From a virus (lineage: Duplodnaviria; Heunggongvirae; Uroviricota; Caudoviricetes): a DNA stretch of 64,000 nucleotides. The notes beneath the pieces are model-generated. The model saw only the letters and a list, made by a program, of their open reading frames with translations, was not told where the DNA came from and ran no database searches. Location of the stretch: IMG/VR virus record IMGVR_UViG_2703718774_000012, one strand, 5' to 3'. Made by a program: the position numbers and the translations under genes. Numbering within the stretch: position 1 is the first letter of the stretch; each line of letters begins with the position of its first letter. Positions 22,448 to 32,138 of this stretch are shown here, in pieces.

Positions 22448-22534
22448 TGGTGGGGAGTGATGGAGTCGAACCACCCGAGTCGCAATGACAGTAGATTTAC
22501 AGTCTACCCCGCTACCCCTACGGACTAACTCCCC
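22448..22534 (-). tRNA. candidate class-II tRNA, Tyr-like (anticodon GUA), 87 nt
   Basis: Perfect 7-bp acceptor stem, anticodon stem-loop GTAGA-CTGTAAA-TCTAC, long variable arm GTCATTGCGACTCG resembling E. coli tRNA-Tyr, T-arm GGTGG-TTCGACT-CCATC, 3' ACCA; D-arm irregular. Confidence 0.45.
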
Positions 22535-22539
22535 TAAAG

Positions 22540-22614
22540 TGGCGATGGTGGGTGGATTCGAACTACCGACCAGTTGGTTAACAGCCAACTGCTCTACCGC
22601 TGAGCTACACCATC
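22540..22614 (-). tRNA. tRNA-Asn (anticodon GUU)
   Basis: 75-nt cloverleaf GATGGTGTAGCTCAGCGGTAGAGC-A-GTTGG-CTGTTAA-CCAAC...TTCGAAT...CACCATCGCCA on minus strand. Confidence 0.8.
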
Positions 22615-23267
22615 ACTTGCCGGGTACGTCTCCGGCGAGGGCTTCCACCTCCGTATGCTTTTCGGCGCACCGCGCCCTGGCTGCAATTCGGTAACAGGGG
22701 ATGCATAACCCTGGCTTCCAGCGTGATTAGCGCCTTCAGCATGACGGGATATACCCGTAAATTCGTGGAACTGTACCCAAAGTGCTGTTAAGCACCGCTG
22801 TTACGCTGAAAAGAAAACGCAACAGGAAAGGACGCTGACCAACAGATGGCCCCTTCTCGTTCATCTGGTTAATCACACCAGCGCCCTTACCTGTTGTGCC
22901 TCCCCGTTCCCTAATACACAGACGGGGACACTCTGCGGTCGATTTTTTGACGGGGGACGACTCATACCCCATGGCATCTGGCTTCTTAGGCCGCTACCAT
23001 CATCAGATCATCGTTTGCATTTACTTTAATGGTCAGTTTCTAAACCGCCGCAAAGTCGCTAACCATGACGAAAACCCTGAAAAAAACGCCCACCCGAAGA
23101 TGGGCAAACTGGACGCTCGTAACGCACTTCGGCGTTGCCACTTAGGCGCATGGTCAACCTGGCAACTCGGTGGTTTGTCTGGGAGGACTAGGCCCAGCCA
23201 TGCTTACCGCCGCGCCTGTCGCGGCTAACAGCTAAATCGCTCTATAAATCACGATTCATTGAGGTAA

Positions 23268-23296
23268 TATTACACTAATAAATTTATTAGAGCAAT
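23268..23296. promoter_or_regulatory. composite operator: perfect consensus site ATTGCTCTAATAAATTT (minus, 23280-23296) overlapped by inverted partial site; candidate promoter of tRNA-ban operon
   Basis: 17/17 match; TTGCTC -35, 17-bp spacer, TAATAT -10 on minus strand; overlaps the last codons of the methyltransferase gene. Confidence 0.6.
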
Positions 23297-26200
23297 ATAA
23301 CCAAAACGTCATGAGCTACACCTCGAGTGTCCCCCTTACAAGACACAGAACGTCTGGCAAAAAGAGGTTCCACTCTGAAGCCACTGTCATGATAAAGCTC
23401 TCTGATGTTTGGCGCGCCACTGTTAGTAATGAGAACCTTTGCACCTCGACGATGAGCATCCGTCAACAGAGACACCAGGCGTTTTTGCTCTTCAAACTTA
23501 AAGTCATGACCGGAATAGTTCGTGAATCCCTCTGTATTTGGAAGCGGTTCATACGGCGGATCGCAAAAGATGACATCTCCTTCTCCGGCAGCTTCAATCA
23601 CCGCTGCAAAATCACCGCATACAAACTCAGACCGCCCTTCCGCACCGAGGAAGGCTTCCATCTCCTGTAATGGGAAATACGGAGTTTTATACTTCCCATA
23701 ACCGACATTGAACTCACCGGCCTGGTTGTAACGCGTCAATCCGTTAAAACAATGTCGGTTCAGGAACAAAAACGCCGCTGCGCGATGTAAATCATCATAG
23801 ACTTGTTTGTTAAACGCATTCCGTACTGCCAGGTATCCTTCCTGTGTGTTGTAGTCCTGGAAGAAACGATGTGCCAGAGTGATAAGTGAATGCGCCTCGC
23901 GTTGCAGAGTCTTGTAAAAGTTAATCAGGTCAGCATTCACATCATTTAGCAGATTTTCCTGGTATCCGGCATTCATGAAGACAGCTCCGCCACCAACGAA
24001 AGGTTCAATCAGGCGCTTCCCTTCTGGCAAATAGCGAAAGATTTGTTCCAGAACACCAAATTTTCCACCAGCCCATTTGAATATGGACCGTTCGAATTCT
24101 GCCGCTGGTTTAACTTTTCGCTCTTTTGTTTCACTTCCTTCTTTCTGCCGACATACGGCCTTAGTAATCCGATCGCCAATCCAGCGCATTACTGGTATTG
24201 CCATACTATTGCCGATCGCTTTGTAACGCGGTCCGTCAGCTGCAAGCATTGCGGCCTCTTCTTCGCTTAAATCTGGATAGTGATTGTGCAGATATGCCAG
24301 TTCATCTGAATTAACTTTTTTACGCTTTTCCGTAGGGATCAACGTATGCCAATCAGGAAAACCTTGCAGCCTTTCACATTCGACAGGGGTAAGACGGCGC
24401 ATTCTACCGTCGCCGAGCAATACAATTGGTGCTTCATGGTTACATGTCAAAGTTGGTGCCGAATTATCGGTTTTTATCTCAGCCCCTCCTTGCCCATGTG
24501 CCATGGCAATTATGTTTGTATCATCGCAAGTTCTGATAGCGATGTTTGAAGTATATCTGGTAGTTTCCTTCCCCTCGCCTCTGCTCGGCGCAATATTCCG
24601 GCGCACGCCTTCGAACTCAAAAAGTACCGTTGCGGGATCGAGATCTGTTCGAGCACTTGCGACAACAAACACGCGTCGGCGTCGTTGTGCCACTCCGAAG
24701 TATTGGGCATCAAGGATTCTCCAGGCCACTTTTCGCTGCGGTCCATAAATACAACCACACTGCGGCCACTTTGGAACATGGCAACCGGTTTTGCCATCCC
24801 ACCGCCAGAACGCGTTGCTTTTTCCTGATTCAGGTCGATCACCTGGTTCAAATGGCACATCTTCTCCAGCCAATCCGGCAAGGAAACATCCGAAGGCGTT
24901 ATCTGCCGATGACAAGACTCCTGGGACATTTTCCCAGACGATAACGGCTGGTTTGAGAAATGACTCAGCCCGTTTGTCGTCAATTGCATTTGCAAGCTCC
25001 ACATACTTTAAAGTTAGCGCGCCACGCTCATCATCAAGCCCACCACGTAATCCCGCGATACTGAATGCCTGACAGTTATGGACCACCGCACCATTGAGGA
25101 TATAGGAATGATCACCTTCGACTTCTATGTTGTATACAGTATCTAGGCCTACCGATTTAAACTCTTTGACTGTTCGTAAAAGCATTCCATGAGCCAATCT
25201 TGATTTACGTGACAATTTCTGCGGGCAGATTGTTACCTGATAATAATTCCGTTGATTTACCACGCGATCCTCGATCACTTTTTTGGGCTCAACTTCAATA
25301 AAGCTGACCGAAGAAACATAACCACAAGTCTGTGACAACCCCGCAACGCCCCAAGCAAGCGCAGAACTAACACTATTAATTCTAAATCCCGCTTTACCAC
25401 TTGGTGTCCCATCAGTATCAAGATAGCCTTGTAAAAACACATGACGCAATGGATGCGACATCACCCATGCAGGGATACGCTTAGCATGGCTTAACTCGCC
25501 AAAATGTTCATTAAGCCAATTGGCATAACACGTATCATTCAAGGTTACTTTGATGCTCCCTCGGATTTCGCTTGCCACGGAAAATATGTTTTCTGGTATG
25601 CGGCAATGAAACTTTCTCAATTTCTGGCAATTTATGCCAAAAACAACCGCCTTCTTAGATTTACCTCTCCATCTCCTAATATATCCATCGCCAACATAAG
25701 CGCCCGCAAGATACATAGCCTGTTCTTCAGACAAGAACCGAGAACAAATATCTGGAAATGCAATATTGAAATTAGTTAGAGCGCACCATTGATATCCCGG
25801 CATATCACATGCTGCTCGCCATTCCGGTTCAGACAACAACTCTCTCTTAAAATATGTGCCATTTTTCCGGGTGTTTTGGGCTTTCCACCGAACAGCCAGG
25901 AAGGGATGGTCATTGGTTGTTCTTATACCTAAAGGCTGCCCAACGGCATTAAGTAACCCCGTATTAGCTATTTTTGAACCAACTCTTTTTACTTGTTGTA
26001 ACCGCCCGAGATGACTGACTACGTAATCACCAGGGCAAACATTTTCTATTGGTTTATAGCCATTTTTACAAAGAACCATATGCCCCGCGGTAAAACATGG
26101 TGTTCCCCCGACGAGCACGTCAGGGGATTCGATTTCCCCAGCCAAGACTTTTTTGGCAAGTTTTTTCATGTCGCCAAGGTTGGCAACATGGGGCCAGCGG

Positions 26201-26328
26201 AGCGCAAGAACGGCCGATGGAAAAGGCTCGATTTCAGCAAACCACGCCGGACGCATACCCAACGGTTCCCAGGCAATACTCGCGGCTTCAATTCCACTGC
26301 AAACAGATCCATAGCACAGCTCTTTCAC
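23287..26328 (-). CDS. dmt: bifunctional DNA methyltransferase: N-terminal C5-cytosine MTase (intein-interrupted) + C-terminal Dam-like N6-adenine MTase
   Basis: C5-MTase motifs: [10 protein letters not shown] (I), GGTP|...|CQAFSIAG (IV, split), VWENVPGV (ENV), [20 protein letters not shown] (X); Dam-like part [28 protein letters not shown]. Confidence 0.8.
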   Translation of the reverse strand: MKELCYGSVCSGIEAASIAWEPLGMRPAWFAEIEPFPSAVLALRWPHVANLGDMKKLAKKVLAGEIESPDVLVGGTPCFTAGHMVLCKNGYKPIENVCPGDYVVSHLGRLQQVKRVGSKIANTGLLNAVGQPLGIRTTNDHPFLAVRWKAQNTRKNGTYFKRELLSEPEWRAACDMPGYQWCALTNFNIAFPDICSRFLSEEQAMYLAGAYVGDGYIRRWRGKSKKAVVFGINCQKLRKFHCRIPENIFSVASEIRGSIKVTLNDTCYANWLNEHFGELSHAKRIPAWVMSHPLRHVFLQGYLDTDGTPSGKAGFRINSVSSALAWGVAGLSQTCGYVSSVSFIEVEPKKVIEDRVVNQRNYYQVTICPQKLSRKSRLAHGMLLRTVKEFKSVGLDTVYNIEVEGDHSYILNGAVVHNCQAFSIAGLRGGLDDERGALTLKYVELANAIDDKRAESFLKPAVIVWENVPGVLSSADNAFGCFLAGLAGEDVPFEPGDRPESGKSNAFWRWDGKTGCHVPKWPQCGCIYGPQRKVAWRILDAQYFGVAQRRRRVFVVASARTDLDPATVLFEFEGVRRNIAPSRGEGKETTRYTSNIAIRTCDDTNIIAMAHGQGGAEIKTDNSAPTLTCNHEAPIVLLGDGRMRRLTPVECERLQGFPDWHTLIPTEKRKKVNSDELAYLHNHYPDLSEEEAAMLAADGPRYKAIGNSMAIPVMRWIGDRITKAVCRQKEGSETKERKVKPAAEFERSIFKWAGGKFGVLEQIFRYLPEGKRLIEPFVGGGAVFMNAGYQENLLNDVNADLINFYKTLQREAHSLITLAHRFFQDYNTQEGYLAVRNAFNKQVYDDLHRAAAFLFLNRHCFNGLTRYNQAGEFNVGYGKYKTPYFPLQEMEAFLGAEGRSEFVCGDFAAVIEAAGEGDVIFCDPPYEPLPNTEGFTNYSGHDFKFEEQKRLVSLLTDAHRRGAKVLITNSGAPNIRELYHDSGFRVEPLFARRSVSCKGDTRGVAHDVLVILL
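25075..26097 (-). other. intein (341 aa) with LAGLIDADG homing-endonuclease motifs, inserted in C5-MTase motif IV
   Basis: Begins CFTAGHMVL, block B TTNDHPF, two LAGLIDADG-type motifs [10 protein letters not shown] and [11 protein letters not shown], ends [21 protein letters not shown] followed by +1 Cys; removal restores [12 protein letters not shown]. Confidence 0.75.
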
Positions 26329-27230
26329 TGCTTAGCCTCTCCGCCAAGGGCATTTACCAGAGCATCAACCAGGCACGAAATTTCACTGGTCAACAGGAAG
26401 AAATCTGCGTCCAGTCGCTGCGCAACATCTTCACTATCAATATCAGAGTTCTGCTCAAGCAATTCATCCGCAAATTTGACGCTGGTAAGGCTGAAGTTAT
26501 GGTCCAGTGTAAATTTAATGCGGTTCTGCCAGTCGAGTGCCAACTTAGTGACGAGCTTGCCAGCTTCCAGGTGTGTGGAAATTTCATCGCTTCCCAAATC
26601 CTGCTTTTTCACTCGGGCAATACCGCCATCCTCAAGCACTGCCTTAAGTTCTGCCGCATCCCCCATTTGAAATCCCTGTGGAGCACTACCATCACGTACC
26701 CAGTCGGTCAGCGTTAATTCAATGGGATTTTCAACACTCAGGGGAACAGCAGGAAGAGAACCCAGAGACTTACGCATAAGCGCGAGCATATCCTCTGCCT
26801 GCCGCGCGCTGGCATTGATATAGATACGTTTAGTTGAACCGTCGTAGATCGCCTGGATAACAGAAAACTTTGAAAAAGCCCGTGGCAGAAGAGAATGCAG
26901 AACTTCGTCTTTCAGGGAGTCCTTCTCTGTTTTCTTCAGTTTACGCGCTTGTTCTTGCTCAAGTTTTTCAATTTTTTCTTGAATAGCTCGCTGGATAACC
27001 GGCGGGGGAAGAATTTTTGTTTCGCGCTTTGCTTCAACAAGGATAAAACCATTTCCATGCATAGCGATAACTTCAGAATTATCACCAAATGGCGATACAA
27101 AACCGAACTTGGCCATATCCTGACTACCGCATGGCGTGAAAAGGATCATTTTCTTTTTATCTTCTAAGTCGGTCAGATCCGCCTCACGAGAAAGTTTATA
27201 AATAGTAATGTTTTTCCAGTGCTTAAACAT
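26325..27230 (-). CDS. rdgC: recombination-associated protein RdgC homolog
   Basis: From [16 protein letters not shown]: [14 protein letters not shown]..., [50 protein letters not shown]-terminal GGEA closely parallel recalled E. coli RdgC; track ORF extended upstream spuriously. Confidence 0.8.
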   Translation of the reverse strand: MFKHWKNITIYKLSREADLTDLEDKKKMILFTPCGSQDMAKFGFVSPFGDNSEVIAMHGNGFILVEAKRETKILPPPVIQRAIQEKIEKLEQEQARKLKKTEKDSLKDEVLHSLLPRAFSKFSVIQAIYDGSTKRIYINASARQAEDMLALMRKSLGSLPAVPLSVENPIELTLTDWVRDGSAPQGFQMGDAAELKAVLEDGGIARVKKQDLGSDEISTHLEAGKLVTKLALDWQNRIKFTLDHNFSLTSVKFADELLEQNSDIDSEDVAQRLDADFFLLTSEISCLVDALVNALGGEAKQ

Positions 27231-27507
27231 GTTGTAACCCTTGAATATCAACCACAGAAAGCTCGTCTTTGTAGAAAAAGGCCAGGTTGTGGCACCCCCT
27301 CGTTTGAGCGTATGAGCTGGGACCAATTTCGTTCTTCCAGACAAATGGCTTCAAATCCGTACGGCGAAGCATAAAAACGCGATTTATTCCGCTCTGATTC
27401 CCAATGAGGCAAAAGCCTTCTTTCACCTTGATAGCCTGCAAGTTGTCGAGTTCACCGCTGGTTACACGGCTATCGAACTCTTTGCGGCTTATTAGCTCCA
27501 TCTGCAT
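27223..27507 (-). CDS. hypothetical protein (94 aa), first gene of operator-controlled operon
   Basis: Start placed at ATG 27505-27507 ([11 protein letters not shown]) with GGAG 7 nt upstream; track start is a TTG inside the operator. Confidence 0.4.
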   Translation of the reverse strand: MQMELISRKEFDSRVTSGELDNLQAIKVKEGFCLIGNQSGINRVFMLRRTDLKPFVWKNEIGPSSYAQTRGCHNLAFFYKDELSVVDIQGLQHV

Positions 27508-27578
27508 CTGACGACTCCAAACAAATGCCCATTGAAGGGCGATGGCTGAATGGTACCGAAAATACGACATAAAAAACA

Positions 27579-27595
27579 ATATTTATTAGAGCAAT
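27579..27595 (-). promoter_or_regulatory. C1-type operator (minus strand reads ATTGCTCTAATAAATAT)
   Basis: 16/17 consensus match immediately upstream of the 27223-27507 / rdgC / dmt operon. Confidence 0.55.
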
Positions 27596-27676
27596 TTTGC
27601 GATAAGTAAACGCCATACAGACCACAAATAACCTAAGTTAAAATAACGAAAATCAGAGCAAATAATTGGTGATGGC

Positions 27677-27961
27677 GTGGCAAGCATTGCAACAAAAGAC
27701 AGCATTTGTTCGGGGCACGGAGGATTCCCATCCAGGCCTCCTGTAGAGAGTGAACCACTACTTAAAGTCAACGGAGTCGAAGTGTTAGTTGATGGTAAGC
27801 AATATGCACAGCATACCGATGGAAACAGTACGCACGGTGGGCAAGCTATATCAACCAGGGCATGGTTTACCGTCAATGGTAAAGGGATCGTATGCGTTGG
27901 TGACCCTGTTTCATGCGGATCTACCGTAGCGTCCGGAGACGGCCTGGTTCAGGTAAGTTAG
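27677..27961 (+). CDS. small Gly/Cys-containing protein, possibly PAAR-like spike-tip protein
   Basis: GTG start; pattern CSGHGG...VNG...VNGKGIVCVGDPVSCGSTVASGDG loosely resembles PAAR repeats; weak. Confidence 0.3.
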   Translation: MASIATKDSICSGHGGFPSRPPVESEPLLKVNGVEVLVDGKQYAQHTDGNSTHGGQAISTRAWFTVNGKGIVCVGDPVSCGSTVASGDGLVQVS

Positions 27962-27969
27962 GAGATATC

Positions 27970-28758
27970 ATGCTGGAAAAAGACTACCAGTTATCCGCAT
28001 ATAAAAAATTGGCCGCCGCCGGTGGGATGAAAACACCTGGTGCCATAACATCGGCACGAAACAGTGCTAACACAGCAAAACTGCTTGCAGAAGAATTGAC
28101 CGGATTAATTCTGGATACAATTGTCTATCCCGACACTATTACCAGCTATGTTTCAACGATCAGAACAACCACAACCGGCTTAACGAACATTGGAGAACTG
28201 GCAACTAAGCACGCGGACCTGTTGGCTGGTTATGCAGATCTGTCAATGCTGCTTCAACTCGATATTGGTTGGGATGTTTACTGCCGTGCTAATGAGCGAG
28301 AAGTTTCAGAACTGCCGATCTCTATTGCCATTGGTGATGTGAATATTACTAAATCGCTTGAGGACGCTGTTAACGCGCTTAATACATCAAGTTTAGTCGC
28401 TGCAATGGGGGAGATTAACCAGGCCCTTAACACTGGCTCAGAAAGCTCGTCAGGCTCTGGTTCAGGCGGCGGCACTGCCACTCCCCCACCAGCACTAACA
28501 GAAGAGCAAATTGAATCTCTGAAAGTAGCAACTGAACAGTTTGGGGTTGTTTTCAACCAGACAACAGCACCCACAACTGCGTTACAACAGCAGTATGAAC
28601 GAGCGAATGAAAGCGCCAACGTAGCCATAACTGCTTATAACCATGCTATCGGTACCGCGCTTGCGGAAGCATCAGCAAATAAGGCCAGCACAGCCAGCGC
28701 AGTCGCCGCTTTGGTTCCTGATTCTGTTCTTGATGAATTAAACAAAGCGGCACGGTAA
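27970..28758 (+). CDS. hypothetical protein (262 aa), Thr/Ser/Gly-rich linker
   Basis: Start placed at ATG (MLEKDYQ) with AGGAG 7 nt upstream; track ORF starts earlier at 27913. Confidence 0.45.
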   Translation: MLEKDYQLSAYKKLAAAGGMKTPGAITSARNSANTAKLLAEELTGLILDTIVYPDTITSYVSTIRTTTTGLTNIGELATKHADLLAGYADLSMLLQLDIGWDVYCRANEREVSELPISIAIGDVNITKSLEDAVNALNTSSLVAAMGEINQALNTGSESSSGSGSGGGTATPPPALTEEQIESLKVATEQFGVVFNQTTAPTTALQQQYERANESANVAITAYNHAIGTALAEASANKASTASAVAALVPDSVLDELNKAAR

Positions 28759-28797
28759 CAAAGGACTTCATTGATAATTTTTCTTCAGGAGGAAGAC

Positions 28798-29220
28798 ATG
28801 TCATTCTTTTCTACGTTAAAAACAGCTTTGTCTTTGAAGGAGAAACTTGCTGCTACTGGTGTTCTTGTTCTGATTTGCGCACTTGTTGGTGCTGGGTTTG
28901 CATGGGAACGTCATCAGCTAAAGCAAGCCATGGAGAAAATTGGCAGTCTTGATCAGGCTGTTAAGGAACGTGATAAGTCAATAATGGATCTTAACCAGAC
29001 CATTGAGACGATGAACAAAGCAGAGCAACATTTTCACAGCCAGGAAGTGAAAAATGAATCAGAACAAGCCAAATATGCTGACAGGCAAATGGAACGAAAA
29101 GCTGAAGTTCAGAAACAACTGGTTGCGGCGGGTAATGTTCGCCAGCGCATTCCTGCTGACACTCAGCGGTTGCTCCGGGAGTCGATCAGCGAATTTAACG
29201 CCGACGCCGACAAAGGTTAA
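28798..29220 (+). CDS. putative i-spanin (Rz-like): N-terminal TM anchor + coiled coil
   Basis: Start MSFFSTLK with AGGAGG RBS; TM segment LAATGVLVLICALVGAGFAW then heptad-rich region; contains embedded out-of-frame lipoprotein gene. Confidence 0.45.
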   Translation: MSFFSTLKTALSLKEKLAATGVLVLICALVGAGFAWERHQLKQAMEKIGSLDQAVKERDKSIMDLNQTIETMNKAEQHFHSQEVKNESEQAKYADRQMERKAEVQKQLVAAGNVRQRIPADTQRLLRESISEFNADADKG

Positions 29221-29386
29221 CCACCCTGCCCCCAAAAGTGCGTTTATGTGCAGGATGCCAGAGTTTAGCAGTGAATATTTTGATGATCTGCCAGCGTATA
29301 TCCTCGATACAGAAACGATGCTGATGGGGATTAACAGGAAGAATCGCAACGTTAATGATTACAACCGCGCTATCAGCGGTAACTAA
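29135..29386 (+). CDS. putative o-spanin (Rz1-like) lipoprotein, overlapping i-spanin in +1 frame
   Basis: MFASAFLLTLSGCSG lipobox followed by Pro-rich TPTPTKVNHPAP; starts inside 28798-29220. Confidence 0.4.
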   Translation: MFASAFLLTLSGCSGSRSANLTPTPTKVNHPAPKSAFMCRMPEFSSEYFDDLPAYILDTETMLMGINRKNRNVNDYNRAISGN

Positions 29387-29397
29387 AAGGGATTTTT

Positions 29398-29790
29398 ATG
29401 TCTGATAAAGTAACAGTAAAGCAAACTATCAACAAAGCGACTTCAATTTACAAAATTGAGCACATCACTGTTGGCAAGCCAGGATCTGAACAATACCGTC
29501 ATGCTTTCGAGCTTGCCGATCAGCTTGGTTTAAAACACCCGGATTGCATCGAGCATGTATTTCCGACCTATGCTGATGAGCAATGTACTCATGTTCTTAC
29601 CGAAGAGGATTTTTTCAGCACTGAAGAACGAGAAGGCGTTGATCGCTGCATTGGTGTGATTTGCTCTTCAGTGAGTTATGAGTTATTCCCTAATGTCCAT
29701 GAAAATGGTGGTATTGGATACCAATTCCTGTACGAAGGCGATGAGCTTAAATGTTATGAACATGGTCTTCTTATCGAAAGCGTAGAATAA
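29398..29790 (+). CDS. hypothetical protein (130 aa)
   Basis: ORF track; followed by hairpin aaccggctatgttggccggtt at ~29804-29824. Confidence 0.5.
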   Translation: MSDKVTVKQTINKATSIYKIEHITVGKPGSEQYRHAFELADQLGLKHPDCIEHVFPTYADEQCTHVLTEEDFFSTEEREGVDRCIGVICSSVSYELFPNVHENGGIGYQFLYEGDELKCYEHGLLIESVE

Positions 29791-29943
29791 TACCCTTCCT
29801 TCCAACCGGCTATGTTGGCCGGTTTATTCAACTTATCCACAGCATAGATCCAATAAACAGATCCTAAAGAGAACCCAGGAAGATCCAAAGAAGATCCCGG
29901 ATCGCTGTAAGCCGCGCCATTTCTGGCCTGAAATGGGATCAAC

Positions 29944-30048
29944 ATTGACTATACGCGATTTTATGTTGACTGTGCACGATTTATTGTTGACTGCACGCGA
30001 TTTATTGTTGACTATATGCGACAGAAACATTGACTGTACGCGATTTTA
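29944..30048 (+). repeat. five direct ~19-bp iterons (TTGACTRTRCGCGATTT) upstream of repA: origin / incC-like
   Basis: Read directly: ttgactatacgcgatttta, ttgactgtgcacgatttat, ttgactgcacgcgatttat, ttgactatatgcgacag, ttgactgtacgcgatttta at ~21-bp spacing. Confidence 0.7.
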
Positions 30049-30123
30049 GAGCCTGACTATTCACAGTTGTTGATAACTGCAATCCAGATGACGCCAGGCC
30101 GCGCCACATATGGAGAAACCACG

Positions 30124-31008
30124 ATGCTGGAAGAAAATAAAGGCTTCCTTAGCGTTGAAGAAGTTGCAGGAAATACAGGAGAAATCCACAGCCTGAAACC
30201 CAATAACAATAGCACTATACAACCCATTGCTTTGTTGCGCTTAGGTGTGTTTGTGCCAACCTTAAAATCTACCAATGTGGCACTACGTCGCGGATCGTCA
30301 GTTACTACAAACACAACGAACGCAACCGAAGAACTATCAAGCCTCAAAATTGTTGAGCAGGAAGGCTATGAGGGAATTGAAATTCATGGTCCACGCCTGG
30401 ATATGGATACTGATTTTAAGGTGTGGGTGGGCATAACCTCCGCGTTGTTTGACTACGCACCTGATGATGACGGCATAATCACCCTGCCATTCTCCGAGTT
30501 TGCCGATCGATGCGGCTATCCACGTAAGCGCCTTTCAAAGGCGTTCCGTAAAAGTATTGATGACTCTCTGACACGCATTCAGCAGACAGTTGTCAAATTC
30601 CGCTTCCCGGCGGCAAAAGGTCATCTCAATAACATTAACGTCAACTTGTTGGCATATAGCAGCCTGAATACCGAGCTTGATGTTATCGAGATCCAGCCGC
30701 AGAAACAGCTATCTGAACTTTACTATGTTGACTATAAGCGAATCCTGAAGCTGAAGATGCTGGATAAGCTCGGGCGCAAAGAGACGGCCAAGGTACTGTA
30801 TACATTCTTTGAGGCTCTACCCGCCAACCCGGCACCTGTCAGCATTGAGCGCCTTAGAGCAAGGCTTAATCTCAAATCATCCGTTAGCGTGCAAAATAGC
30901 GTTATCAGAAAAGCCATGAAAGATTTGGAAGCTATTGAATATCTTAAATTTTCAGAGATAAAAAACGGCAGGAAAATCGGCTTTCAGATCCATAAGCGCA
31001 ATCCATAA
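30124..31008 (+). CDS. repA: iteron-binding replication initiator RepA (P1 RepA-like)
   Basis: Start MLEENKG with GGAG RBS; QPIALLRLGVFVP and GPRLDMDTDFKVWVGI match recalled P1 RepA; flanked by iterons on both sides. Confidence 0.8.
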   Translation: MLEENKGFLSVEEVAGNTGEIHSLKPNNNSTIQPIALLRLGVFVPTLKSTNVALRRGSSVTTNTTNATEELSSLKIVEQEGYEGIEIHGPRLDMDTDFKVWVGITSALFDYAPDDDGIITLPFSEFADRCGYPRKRLSKAFRKSIDDSLTRIQQTVVKFRFPAAKGHLNNINVNLLAYSSLNTELDVIEIQPQKQLSELYYVDYKRILKLKMLDKLGRKETAKVLYTFFEALPANPAPVSIERLRARLNLKSSVSVQNSVIRKAMKDLEAIEYLKFSEIKNGRKIGFQIHKRNP

Positions 31009-31016
31009 TATTGACT

Positions 31017-31275
31017 ATATGCGATAGCGAGAAGTTGACTATAGGCGACATTCGTTGACGCTGGTGGATTTTTGCTGGCGTCAATATTCTGCAAGTCGCT
31101 ATTGAGATGGCTTTTAGGGTCATTTCATCGCGTATAGTCAACGTTTCTCCCGACAATATCTTACATAGTCGATCTTTGGTGGAGTTAAATCGACTACAGT
31201 CAACTTTTGACTGTAGTCACATCGCGCATAGTCAACTATTCACATTAACTTTCGCGCATAGTCAACATTTGCGCG
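31017..31275. repeat. downstream iteron cluster in both orientations (incA-like copy-control region)
   Basis: ttgactatatgcgata, ttgactataggcgaca, and inverted cgcg(t/c)atagtcaac copies. Confidence 0.6.
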
Positions 31276-31300
31276 GTTCTCATCAAGCAGTGGTATTGAT

Positions 31301-31636
31301 ATGCAAGAAGAGAAACAACACTACCTCTACGTTCTGGTGCCGGAGAACGGAGATACTTTTAAAATCGGCATTTCATGTGGTCCATTGGCACGGTTTAAAG
31401 GGCTACAAGTGAGTCCCGATTTTGCGCTTTCACGGGTCTATCGTGGTACGCGTTTGGCAATGGTTAATCTTGAGCGGGCTTTACACGCAACCTTTTTCCC
31501 CTGGAATGCGCCGTGGGAGAAAAGCGCCGGTGGCGGGCATACTGAATGGTTTACACGAGAGTGTCTTGATAAGGTTTTGGCTCATATCGAATATCTAAAT
31601 GATATGTGGGGAGGGATTCTCGAGCGCATTAAGTAG
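31301..31636 (+). CDS. hypothetical protein, possibly GIY-YIG/T5orf172-like
   Basis: HYLYVLVPENGDTFKIGIS resembles GIY...YIG-type motif; weak. Confidence 0.4.
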   Translation: MQEEKQHYLYVLVPENGDTFKIGISCGPLARFKGLQVSPDFALSRVYRGTRLAMVNLERALHATFFPWNAPWEKSAGGGHTEWFTRECLDKVLAHIEYLNDMWGGILERIK

Positions 31637-31705
31637 AATGATTTACTTCAGCGTCCAGTAGATGCTGCTCGCTCTTTCGAAAAAGAACTGGATGTTACTT
31701 CTATC

Positions 31706-32110
31706 GTGACTTTCAAAGATGACGCAGGAATGAGGGACGTGGCTTATGTCTCCATATCTGGCTATGAACCGGACGCGATCCGCGCTCAATGTGAATTGCT
31801 GAAAGCAATGTTTATGCTTCGGACTAAATATCCCTGGGAGACAGGGCGGGTGTGCTTCCCTATGGAAGAGTTAACCGCCACCATTGATTCTCAGCTTTAC
31901 CACGATAATCCAGAGAAGTTTTTTAGCCTTTTAGCCGGTAATGGGCTTAACTGTGTGTCCGGGCTGGGGCGAAGTAGAATCCAACATGCCTCGCTCTTCG
32001 GTCCCTTCTTTTACGATCGACACGGGTACTTTGAGGCTGAACTTCCGGCGCTTACGCGTGCTATAGATACTATCGATTTCGAACGATTATTCGCTGCTCT
32101 TAGCAAATAA
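31706..32110 (+). CDS. hypothetical protein (134 aa)
   Basis: ORF track; followed by strong terminator. Confidence 0.45.
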   Translation: MTFKDDAGMRDVAYVSISGYEPDAIRAQCELLKAMFMLRTKYPWETGRVCFPMEELTATIDSQLYHDNPEKFFSLLAGNGLNCVSGLGRSRIQHASLFGPFFYDRHGYFEAELPALTRAIDTIDFERLFAALSK

Positions 32111-32116
32111 CACTGA

Positions 32117-32138
32117 TGCCCCTGAACGGGGCTTTTTT
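32117..32138 (+). terminator. rho-independent terminator
   Basis: GCCCCtgaacGGGGC followed by TTTTTTGT. Confidence 0.6.

Noticed and set aside
20073-23286. tRNA genes as possible prophage integration site (attB/attL) with adjacent integrase
   Set aside because: tRNAs are intact, clustered, co-oriented with the ban operon and preceded by an operator-type promoter; no integrase or direct-repeat att core nearby. They are phage-encoded tRNAs rather than an insertion target.
27677-29790. Looked for an endolysin in the plus-strand block containing the spanin-like pair
   Set aside because: None of the five proteins shows lysozyme, amidase or transglycosylase motifs; the only muralytic signature in the window is the SLT domain of the tape-measure-like protein.
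29944-31275. Short direct repeats that could be mistaken for a CRISPR array
   Set aside because: Repeats are ~19 bp with ~2-bp spacing, partly in inverted orientation, and flank a RepA-like gene; this is an iteron origin, not repeat-spacer architecture. No cas genes in the window.
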